DNA of 64,000 nucleotides from a bacterium (GTDB taxonomy: Bacteria; Zhuqueibacterota; Zhuqueibacteria; Residuimicrobiales; Krinioviventaceae), in contig CAXXFV010000023.1 of assembly GCA_963674595.2 (NCBI GenBank), positions 288,001 through 352,000 of the forward strand. Reading direction: 5' to 3'. Position 1 is the first letter of the stretch; each line of letters starts with the position of its first letter. Below the pieces are notes generated by a model. That model had not been told where the DNA came from, ran no database searches, and saw only the letters and a program-made list of their open reading frames with translations. Shown here in pieces: positions 20,522-29,014 of this stretch. The translations under genes and the position numbers were made by a program.

Positions 20522-22120
20522 ATGAAATCTGAAAATCAACTGGTATCCATCAATCCAACAACCGGGCAGCAATTCGGAAGTTTGGATGTTATATCTCAAG
20601 AGCAACTGGACATTATTATTTCCAAAGCGCATTCCAAATCTGATGAATGGGCAAAAACAAGCATTTCGGAACGTATTAAATATTTACAAAAACTGTCTGA
20701 CGTTATTCTTGAAGAGAAAAACGAGATTGCCAAACTTGTTGCAGAAGAACAGGGCAAGCCGGTTGGTGAAGCGCTTGGCGCTGAGGTGCTGGCGGTTTTG
20801 GCTATTTTAAAAGATTTGATAAAAAATGCCAAAAAAATACTCGTAAAAGATAAAGTGCCGCATGAACAAATTTTATTTGCTCATAAAAAAAGTCATTATA
20901 ATTATGTGCCCTTTGGTGTGGTTGCCATTATTTCACCCTGGAATTACCCCTTTTCCGTACCGGTCCCTGAAATAGCGGCTGCATTGGTTGCGGGTAATAC
21001 GGTTGTTTTTAAACCGGCGCCGCAAACCATTTTTGTTGGTAAATGTATTGATGAACTGTTTAAAAAGGCCGGGTTCCCCGAGTATGTGATGAATACGGTT
21101 TTTGTAACGGACCATGTTGCCCCTTTTATCACCACCCATCCGGATGTTAGGAAAATTGTTTTTACCGGCAGTACCGAGGTCGGCAAAAAAATTATGAAAG
21201 CCGCTTCCGACCACCTTAAACCTGTGGTTTTGGAACTCGGCGGTAAAGATGCCGCCGTCGTTGCTGGTGACGCCAATTTGCAGCGCGCCGCCAAAGGCAT
21301 TGTTTGGGGTGCCTTTTTTTCAACAGGACAGGTTTGCGCTTCGGTTGAGCGGGTTTATGTCGTTAAAGAGGTTGCTGAGCAATTTTTAGAATTATGCGTC
21401 AAAGAAACCGGCCTGCTCAAAGTCGGTAATCCTTTAGAACATGATACCGATATGGGCCCGCTTAGTACGGCTGAACAGATGGAAAATTTTCAGGCCCACA
21501 TTCAAGATGCCGTTGAAAAGGGCGCCAAAGTGTTGGTTGGCGGTAAAAAAATCCCCGGACCGGGTTTTTTCTTTGAACCCACGGTTCTATCTCATGCAGA
21601 CCATTCCATGAAAATTATGACCCATGAAACCTTTGGACCGGCTTTGCCCATTATGATCGTGGATTCCCTGGATGAAGCTATTCGAATGGCGAACGATTGT
21701 GATTTTGGCTTGTCAGCATTTGGCTGGACCCAAAGTCGAAAAACTGCTCAAAGGTTAATGAATGAATTACAAGCCGGGACTGTTCTGATTAATGACAGTA
21801 CCGTGACCTGGGGCGAACCGAACGCGCCCTGGGGCGGTATGAAACAAAGCGGTATCGGCCGAACCCGGGCACGGTTTGGATTGCTGGAAATGGTACAGGT
21901 AAAATATACCTGTATGGATAAAGGAAACAATGATTATAATCCCTGGTGGTTTCCCTATAACCAGGAACTTGTTTCACTGTTTCAATCGGCTTTGGATTTG
22001 TTGTTTACAAAAAATATTTTTATAAAAATTAAAAAACTGGTTTTCCTGTTGACCCTGAAGCGTTTTACCAAAACCGCCCACTGGACGGCTGTTTTTAAAA
22101 ATTTGAAAAAATTGTTTTAA
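20522..22120 (+). CDS. Aldehyde dehydrogenase
   Basis: SPWNYP, FTGSTEVG, LELGGKD, GQVC, ETFGP, PWGG.KQSG.GR. Confidence 0.9.
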   Translation: MKSENQLVSINPTTGQQFGSLDVISQEQLDIIISKAHSKSDEWAKTSISERIKYLQKLSDVILEEKNEIAKLVAEEQGKPVGEALGAEVLAVLAILKDLIKNAKKILVKDKVPHEQILFAHKKSHYNYVPFGVVAIISPWNYPFSVPVPEIAAALVAGNTVVFKPAPQTIFVGKCIDELFKKAGFPEYVMNTVFVTDHVAPFITTHPDVRKIVFTGSTEVGKKIMKAASDHLKPVVLELGGKDAAVVAGDANLQRAAKGIVWGAFFSTGQVCASVERVYVVKEVAEQFLELCVKETGLLKVGNPLEHDTDMGPLSTAEQMENFQAHIQDAVEKGAKVLVGGKKIPGPGFFFEPTVLSHADHSMKIMTHETFGPALPIMIVDSLDEAIRMANDCDFGLSAFGWTQSRKTAQRLMNELQAGTVLINDSTVTWGEPNAPWGGMKQSGIGRTRARFGLLEMVQVKYTCMDKGNNDYNPWWFPYNQELVSLFQSALDLLFTKNIFIKIKKLVFLLTLKRFTKTAHWTAVFKNLKKLF

Positions 22121-22936
22121 ATGAAAATTTCTGTCATTATACCTGCTTTTAACCGTGCTTCTTTTGTTGTTGAGGCGTTGAATTCCGTGTTGAAACAACG
22201 TGAAAAACCGGATGAAATCATCATCGTTGATGATGGATCAGAGGATGAAACGCAGTCGCTTTTGCAGCCTTTTCAGGATAAGGTAAAAATTATCCATCAA
22301 AAAAACAGTGGTGTTTCCGCAGCCAGGAATACCGGTATTAAAGCCGCTTCACATGAATGGCTCTCTTTTTTGGATTCGGATGATCTGTGGAAAACCAAAA
22401 AACTGCTTCGGCAAAAGGAAATGCTGACGCAATATCCGGACTATAAAATATGTTATACCGATGAAGAATGGCGCAAGGACGGAAAATGGATGAATCAGGG
22501 AAAGAGACACCAAAAATATTCCGGAAATATTTACCCGAACTGCCTTCCTTTGTGTATTATCAGTCCGTCGTCCGTTATTATTCACAAGAGTGTTTTGGAC
22601 CAGATCGGCTTGTTTGATGAATCTTTACCTGCCTGCGAAGATTATGATTTGTGGTTGCGAATTTCTGCTTTATATCCGATATTGTTTATCCCGGAACGAT
22701 TGATTGTAAAACGGGCCGGTGACTGGCCCCAGCTTTCAAAACAGCACAGCCTGGACAAATATCGTATTCTGGCTTTGGTAAAAATGATGGATTCCGGCAG
22801 CATCCCTGCTGAACATGAAAAAGAAACTCTAGACGAGCTGGTGCAAAAATGCCGGATATATAAACTCGGCTGTGAAAAATATAATAAAGCTGACGAAATC
22901 GAATGGATTGACAAACTCCTCAACCGTTTCGCTTGA
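22121..22936 (+). CDS. GT2 glycosyltransferase
   Basis: SVIIPAFNR, VDDGS, ARN.G, FLDSDD, EDYDLWLR. Confidence 0.9.
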   Translation: MKISVIIPAFNRASFVVEALNSVLKQREKPDEIIIVDDGSEDETQSLLQPFQDKVKIIHQKNSGVSAARNTGIKAASHEWLSFLDSDDLWKTKKLLRQKEMLTQYPDYKICYTDEEWRKDGKWMNQGKRHQKYSGNIYPNCLPLCIISPSSVIIHKSVLDQIGLFDESLPACEDYDLWLRISALYPILFIPERLIVKRAGDWPQLSKQHSLDKYRILALVKMMDSGSIPAEHEKETLDELVQKCRIYKLGCEKYNKADEIEWIDKLLNRFA

Positions 22937-22992
22937 GAGGGGTTGCAATAGAGTATGATTTATATAAAGAATAATTTTGAAAGGTAATATAA

Positions 22993-23874
22993 ATGGAAAA
23001 AATTGGATTTATCGGTCTTGGCATAATGGGACAGCCGATGTGTTTAAATTTACTCAAGGCCGGATTTGAGGTTACAGCATATAATCGTACCACATCTAAA
23101 CTGGATGCGGTTAAAAAAGCCGGGGCTGTTGCGGCTGATTCGCCGAAACAGGTCGCCGAACAGTCAGATATTATTATCACTATAGTCACGGACTCTGCAG
23201 ATGTAGAACAGGTGATACTTGGTACAAACGGCGTGATAGAAGGTGTTTCTGCTGAGAATGTTGTTATTGATATGAGCACCATTTCACCGTCCGTAACGAA
23301 AAATATTGCAGCGGCTCTTTTTGAAAAAGGTGTTCACATGCTGGACGCGCCCGTCAGTGGTGGAGATTCCGGCGCTATAGCCGGAACATTGGCGATTATG
23401 GTTGGCGGTAAAAAGGAAATTGTAAATCGATGTCTGCCTTTTTTTCAGGCAATGGGAAAAACCATTACCCATGTTGGTGATCATGGCATGGGTCAAACCG
23501 TCAAGTTGTGCAATCAAATTTTGGTTTCGGTAACCAATATGGCTGTTTGCGAAGCGGTGACTTTTGCTCAAAAAGCCGGTGTTGATCCCAATGTTATGAT
23601 CGAAGCCACAAAGAACGGGGCAGCCGGTTCCTGGCAATTGTCAAACCTGGGACCTAAAATGGTGGCCGACGATTTTAATCCCGGCTTTATGATAGATTTA
23701 CAGCAAAAAGATTTACGGCTGGCCCTTGAAGCGGCCCGTGAACTGGATATGCCGCTTCCTGCTCTGGGTCTTGTCCATCAATTATTTCTCGGGTGTCAGG
23801 CTCTTGGCGAAGGACTGGAAGGGACGCAGGCTTTGGTGAAATCGTTGCGGCGTCTTTCCGGCACTCAAAAATAG
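22993..23874 (+). CDS. beta-hydroxyacid dehydrogenase (2-hydroxy-3-oxopropionate reductase-like)
   Basis: IGFIGLGIMG, DAPVSGG, KLCNQ, KDL. Confidence 0.85.
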   Translation: MEKIGFIGLGIMGQPMCLNLLKAGFEVTAYNRTTSKLDAVKKAGAVAADSPKQVAEQSDIIITIVTDSADVEQVILGTNGVIEGVSAENVVIDMSTISPSVTKNIAAALFEKGVHMLDAPVSGGDSGAIAGTLAIMVGGKKEIVNRCLPFFQAMGKTITHVGDHGMGQTVKLCNQILVSVTNMAVCEAVTFAQKAGVDPNVMIEATKNGAAGSWQLSNLGPKMVADDFNPGFMIDLQQKDLRLALEAARELDMPLPALGLVHQLFLGCQALGEGLEGTQALVKSLRRLSGTQK

Positions 23875-23901
23875 AAAATTAACGATACTTTGTAATCATA
23901 C

Positions 23902-25725
23902 ATGGTATCCGGAGAATTTGATTTGCAGCACCGGCTTTTAAAATATGTGATTCTTGCAGGATTGTTTTTTTATTCAACTATCCTGGCTGTGGAACCGCAT
24001 CGTTCTGCTGACTTTATGGTTTCCTCAAACGGTCATTGTTTGATTGCCTATCATCATAATTCCCGTAAAGTTGACGGATTTTTTCCCCACCTGCCGGATA
24101 GCTGGGACGTTGGTGAAAAAACACCAAATCTGATAAAAGCCGCCGGATTCAAAATCAAAATCGATGATGTATCTCTTGATCTGGACCGTCTTCCTGTTAT
24201 CAATGCCGGTTATATCAACGGAACAGGTATTATTCGCATTGAACAAAAAACAGATAAATTGAAAATTACCACCTATGTCTGGGCGCCGATGACCTTTGAA
24301 TTCAAGTCCCTGTTTTTGATGGTTGATGTGGAAACAGAGGATTTGTTGTTAAGGCCGAAAAATTTTGAACCCTATTTTATTTCTGATTGTGAGTATCTTG
24401 AAGGTGTTCGCTGTCAGGATTTGGATGTCGGCAGGTTTCAGGTTTGTCAGGCTGTAATCTATACTCCGGGAATTGCTGAAGAAACTCTGGAGGTAATGCG
24501 TAAGGAACTGGCGCTTGCCAAACCTCTTCTTTTGCTGGAGGCCGAACAGAGGAACTGGATGCATTGGCATCGTATGGGACAGGTGCCGAATTCAATTATC
24601 AGCAAAAAATACAGTGTACTGAAACAATCCCTGGCTTTTTTAAGAATGGCCCAGGTTCAGGAAAAGGGACCGGGATTTGGTCAGATTGTGCAAAATTTAT
24701 CCCCTCATAGTAAAAGTTACGCCCACCCTCGTGATATGGCCTATGCTATCATTGCTCTTTCCCGCACCGGGCATTACTCTGAAGCGAAAAATGCTTTGAC
24801 CTTTATGTTAAATGCCGGCATGGGTATATTTTATAATTATAGGGTCAATGGTGTACAATGGGGAATGCCGCAGCCTTATGTTATCTCTCTTGCTTATTAT
24901 GGCGGTGTTGGTTATGAAAAGACCGATCTGTTAAACGGTGAACCGGCACTTTATTTGGATGCACAGGGTTTATTTCTATGGGCATTGTCCGAATATGCCA
25001 GAGAAAGCACGGATTTTACCTTTGTTTCAAATAACCGGCAAAAGATAATAAAGTATGTCATTAACCCGCTCCTGGCTTCTATTGATGAAACCGGTTTGAT
25101 CCGCAGGGATTCGGGTTTATATAATTATGCAGCACCGGGAGAACATTTCAGTTTTACCTCTCTTTGCGCTTTTAAAGGACTTAATAGTGCCATTACACTG
25201 GCGCATACTGTTGGTGATTATGAGTTGGAAAATTTTTATACCAAAAAAGCTGCTGCTCTCAGAAGTAATATTATGACAAAATTAACAACCGGCAAGGCAA
25301 AATTAATCACCAAAAGTCTGGAAACAACATCTTTTCCGGAATTGTTAGACGGCTCAATGATTGAAGCAGTTAATTGGAGGGTTGTCAAACCGGATTGGAA
25401 AACATCAAATACGATAAAAAAAACATTACAGGTGTTTTTACAGGCTGGTGATAAAAAAAGAGGATTTGTTTCCGGTTATGCCAACGAAAATGAAAAATTA
25501 CCGGAAAATTTGTTTACAAGTTTGCGGTCTGTAAATGCACTCAGAAAGTTGGATGACCAAAAGCGGGCAGACCAGATATTGGATTGGGTCATTGAACAGA
25601 GCGTTCGAAACGGGTGTATGGTACCTGAATATTTTACATTAAAAGAAGCTGATTATCTGGGGAGTTATCCTGTCATCGGACAAGGCGCTGGTGTTTTTAT
25701 TATGGCAGTTATAAATAAAAAATAA
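23902..25725 (+). CDS. GH15-like (alpha/alpha)6 protein, exported, possibly inactive
   Basis: Hydrophobic N-terminus; YAHPRDMAYA..AL...GH..EA, DSGLYN at the D-x-G-x-W-E position, late PEY. Confidence 0.55.
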   Translation: MVSGEFDLQHRLLKYVILAGLFFYSTILAVEPHRSADFMVSSNGHCLIAYHHNSRKVDGFFPHLPDSWDVGEKTPNLIKAAGFKIKIDDVSLDLDRLPVINAGYINGTGIIRIEQKTDKLKITTYVWAPMTFEFKSLFLMVDVETEDLLLRPKNFEPYFISDCEYLEGVRCQDLDVGRFQVCQAVIYTPGIAEETLEVMRKELALAKPLLLLEAEQRNWMHWHRMGQVPNSIISKKYSVLKQSLAFLRMAQVQEKGPGFGQIVQNLSPHSKSYAHPRDMAYAIIALSRTGHYSEAKNALTFMLNAGMGIFYNYRVNGVQWGMPQPYVISLAYYGGVGYEKTDLLNGEPALYLDAQGLFLWALSEYARESTDFTFVSNNRQKIIKYVINPLLASIDETGLIRRDSGLYNYAAPGEHFSFTSLCAFKGLNSAITLAHTVGDYELENFYTKKAAALRSNIMTKLTTGKAKLITKSLETTSFPELLDGSMIEAVNWRVVKPDWKTSNTIKKTLQVFLQAGDKKRGFVSGYANENEKLPENLFTSLRSVNALRKLDDQKRADQILDWVIEQSVRNGCMVPEYFTLKEADYLGSYPVIGQGAGVFIMAVINKK

Positions 25726-25751
25726 AAAAAGCCGGGTTAACCGGCTTTTTT
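25724..25751. terminator. Bidirectional rho-independent terminator
   Basis: A-tract-GCCGG-gttaa-CCGGC-T-tract between convergent genes. Confidence 0.85.
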
Positions 25752-25752
25752 A

Positions 25753-26982
25753 TTATAAAACCATTGCTATGGGATTTTCCAACAATTTTTTCAGTTCTCT
25801 TAAAAAGAGCGCTCCCGTGGCACCGTCAACAATACGGTGATCACAGGACAGTGTTACTTTCATAACATTACCAATAACAATTGCATCGTTTTTAACAACA
25901 GGTTTTTGCTGCACGGCCCCGACTGCCAATATCGCGGCTTCCGGAGGGTTAACTATTGCTGAAAACTCTGAAATATCATACATACCAAGGTTGCTTATGG
26001 TAAACGTTGCGTTTGTATATTCATCCGGCATTAATTTTCGGTTTTTAGCTCGTTTTGCCATATCTTTAACCGTATTTGATATTTCGCCCAACGATTTACT
26101 GTCGGCATTTCTGATAACAGGGGTAATCAATCCTTCTTCCAGCGCTACGGCAAACCCGATATCGATACGCTGATGGAGTACAATTTTTTCATCAACAAAA
26201 GACCCATTCACCAGCGGATGTTTTTTTAAAGCCTGTGCGCACGCTTTAATGACCATATCGTTATGGCTTATTTTTGTTTCGGACTGTATTGAATTCATGG
26301 ACAACCGCGCCGAAACCGCTTTGTCCATATCAATTTCCATGGTCAAATAAAAATGTGGTACAGTCGTTTTGCTCTGCGTCATTCTTTGTGCAATGACCTT
26401 TCGCATCGTCGAAAGCTGAACCTCCTGGTCCTGGCCTTCTATTAATGTGCCGGTCGGCAAGGTTTCTTTAATATCATCAATATCTCTTTTAATTATTCTA
26501 CCGCCGGTGCCGGAACCTTTAACCGTTTTCAGGTCTATTTTTCGGTCCTCAGCGATTTTACGTGCCAGCGGAGACGCTTTAATTCTCATCGAACCTGTTG
26601 TCATTATTTGGTCTTTTGGTGTGTCATCCTTAATCGGAGCAGCAGGAATTGGTAAAGGTTCAGCTTTTTCACTCTTTGGAGTCGGCGCTGTCTCTTTTTT
26701 AGGGGCTTCCGGTGTTTCATTTAGCATATCTGAGATGTCTTCATCTTCTTCTGCAATGATTGCCAGTGTACCACCAACAGGGACTTTACCACCTTCCGGT
26801 ATCAGAATTTTTTTCAACTGACCTGCGTCAAAAGCTTCCAATTCCATTGTCGCTTTATCACTTTCAGCTTCGGCGATAACTTCTCCGGCTTGAATAATTT
26901 CACCTTCTTTTTTTAGCCACTTTAACAGAACACCTTCTGTCATTGTGTCGCTCAGTTTCGGCATTGTGACTTTGGTCGCCAT
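25753..26982 (-). CDS. pdhC: Pyruvate dehydrogenase E2, dihydrolipoamide acetyltransferase
   Basis: Lipoyl ESDKATME, E3-binding ASPLAR..GSG.GGRI, DHRIVDGA. Confidence 0.93.
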   Translation of the reverse strand: MATKVTMPKLSDTMTEGVLLKWLKKEGEIIQAGEVIAEAESDKATMELEAFDAGQLKKILIPEGGKVPVGGTLAIIAEEDEDISDMLNETPEAPKKETAPTPKSEKAEPLPIPAAPIKDDTPKDQIMTTGSMRIKASPLARKIAEDRKIDLKTVKGSGTGGRIIKRDIDDIKETLPTGTLIEGQDQEVQLSTMRKVIAQRMTQSKTTVPHFYLTMEIDMDKAVSARLSMNSIQSETKISHNDMVIKACAQALKKHPLVNGSFVDEKIVLHQRIDIGFAVALEEGLITPVIRNADSKSLGEISNTVKDMAKRAKNRKLMPDEYTNATFTISNLGMYDISEFSAIVNPPEAAILAVGAVQQKPVVKNDAIVIGNVMKVTLSCDHRIVDGATGALFLRELKKLLENPIAMVL

Positions 26983-26994
26983 GTTCCTCCTCGC

Positions 26995-27972
26995 TTATAT
27001 ATATAAAACTTTTTTTGCTGCTGTAACGACTTTTTGTGCATTTGGAATGACAGCTTTTTCCAAATTTGCGGCATAGGGCATTGGAACATCTTCACTGGAT
27101 ACCCTGACAACCGGTGCATCGAGGTGGTCAAACGCCTGCTCGGTGATGCGTTGGGCAATTTCCGCTCCCACACCGGCATAGGGCCAGCCTTCTTCTACGA
27201 CAATGCATCGATTTGTTTTTTCAACAGATGTAATGAGCATTTGATCATCCAACGGACGTAATGTTCTGGGATCAATTACCTCTGCGTCGATGCCTTCTTT
27301 TTCCAGCATATTTGCTGCTTCCAATGCAACATGGATCATTTTAGACCATGCAACAATTGTAATATCTTTTCCTTCGCGTTTAACATCTCCAACACCAATT
27401 GGAATCAGATACTCTTCATCCGGAACAAAGCCTTTATATCCATAGGCAACTTCGCTTTCAATAAACATAACCGGATTGTCATCTCTGATGGCTGTTTTCA
27501 GCATTCCTTTTGCATCCTTTGGAACGCTTGGCGCCATAACAATCAAACCCGGCACATTACATAACCAGGGATCAAGGCATTGCGAATGTTGGGCACCGAG
27601 CTGATGCGCTCCTCCTCCCGGTCCCCGAACCACAAGCGGAATTTTAAAAGCGCCGCCTGACATATATCTTAATTTTGCGGCATTGTTTATAATTTGATCC
27701 AATGCTAAAATGGAAAAGTTGAACGTCATCATTTCAATAATGGGTCGTAGTCCAACCATTGCGGAACCTACACCTACACCGGCAAAACCAAGTTCGGCGA
27801 TGGGGGTATCTATAACCCGTTCAGTACCGAATCTTTCCATCAATCCCTGGCTCACTTTATAAGCTCCCTGATAATAACCGACCTCTTCACCCATTAAATA
27901 TACATTAGGATCACGTTCCATCTCTTCGGCCATAGCCTGATTGAGTGCTTCTCGATATGTTATCTCTGACAT
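26995..27972 (-). CDS. pdhB: Pyruvate dehydrogenase E1 beta
   Basis: ITYREAL, GEEV, DTPIAE.GF, GAQHSQ; start at MSEITY. Confidence 0.93.
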   Translation of the reverse strand: MSEITYREALNQAMAEEMERDPNVYLMGEEVGYYQGAYKVSQGLMERFGTERVIDTPIAELGFAGVGVGSAMVGLRPIIEMMTFNFSILALDQIINNAAKLRYMSGGAFKIPLVVRGPGGGAHQLGAQHSQCLDPWLCNVPGLIVMAPSVPKDAKGMLKTAIRDDNPVMFIESEVAYGYKGFVPDEEYLIPIGVGDVKREGKDITIVAWSKMIHVALEAANMLEKEGIDAEVIDPRTLRPLDDQMLITSVEKTNRCIVVEEGWPYAGVGAEIAQRITEQAFDHLDAPVVRVSSEDVPMPYAANLEKAVIPNAQKVVTAAKKVLYI

Positions 27973-28006
27973 ATTAAACTCTCTATTTAAATGTAATATT
28001 ATCTTG

Positions 28007-28966
28007 TTAGGCGTAAATATCTTTAAAAAGTTCATCCATGGAAGGTTCCGGGCTTTCTTCGGCAAATTTTACGGATTCCATGACTTTGGATTTTATTTCA
28101 TTCTCAATGTTTTTAATTATTTCCGGTGTTAATAGTTTATCTTTTAATAATTTATCCTGAAATAGTAAAATGGGGTCCATCTTTTTTTGTTCTTCTACTT
28201 CTTCTTTCGTCCTGTAATGTGAATGGACCGGATCGGACATGGAATGACCTCTGAAACGATAGGTCCTTGCTTCTATTAAAGTCGGCTCATGTTCGTTTCT
28301 GGCGCGATCGATTGCTTCTTTTAAAACATCATAAACTTTAAAAATATCCATTCCATCTACTGTGGCTCTGGCCATGTCGTAAGAACATGCTTTTTGTGAA
28401 AGGTCCCAAACCGCTGAAGCACGTTCGAGGGGTGTTCCCATTCCATATCGATTATTTTCTATTAAATAAATAACCGGAAGTTTCCACAGTTTCGCAAGAT
28501 TTAATGATTCATGAAATGCACCTTGATGAACAGCCCCTTCTCCGAATGAAATAACAACAACATTATCAAGTTTTTGGTATTTCATGGCAAAGGCCATCCC
28601 TGTTCCCAATGGTATTTGTCCGGCAACGATACCGTGGCCGCCCATGAATCGTTTTTCGGCATCAAACAAATGCATGGACCCGCCTTTACCTTTTGAAACG
28701 CCCGTGCTTTTTCCGAACAGCTCTGCCATAACCGGATTCGGGTCTGCTCCTTTAGCCAGAATATGTCCGTGATCCCGATAGGAAGAAATAAAATAGTCAT
28801 CGGGATTCATTGCTTCAACCGTTCCAACGGCAACAGCCTCCTGTCCGATATACAAATGGCAAAATCCGCTTATTTTTTGCATACCATACATTTGGGCGGC
28901 GCGTTCTTCAAAACGGCGTATAAGCAGCATCATTTTGTAGATATCAATATAGCGTTCTTTTTTCAT
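28007..28966 (-). CDS. pdhA: Pyruvate dehydrogenase E1 alpha
   Basis: GFCHLYIGQEA, YRDHG, GKGGSMH, GEGA...ENN, TYRFRGHSMSDP. Confidence 0.95.
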   Translation of the reverse strand: MKKERYIDIYKMMLLIRRFEERAAQMYGMQKISGFCHLYIGQEAVAVGTVEAMNPDDYFISSYRDHGHILAKGADPNPVMAELFGKSTGVSKGKGGSMHLFDAEKRFMGGHGIVAGQIPLGTGMAFAMKYQKLDNVVVISFGEGAVHQGAFHESLNLAKLWKLPVIYLIENNRYGMGTPLERASAVWDLSQKACSYDMARATVDGMDIFKVYDVLKEAIDRARNEHEPTLIEARTYRFRGHSMSDPVHSHYRTKEEVEEQKKMDPILLFQDKLLKDKLLTPEIIKNIENEIKSKVMESVKFAEESPEPSMDELFKDIYA

Positions 28967-29014
28967 TCCAGCTTCCTTTATTAATTCATTTCAAATTTTT
29001 TAACCTGACGATAC

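Noticed and set aside
25753-28966. pdhABC without an adjacent E3 (lpdA)
   Set aside because: A shared E3 encoded elsewhere is common.
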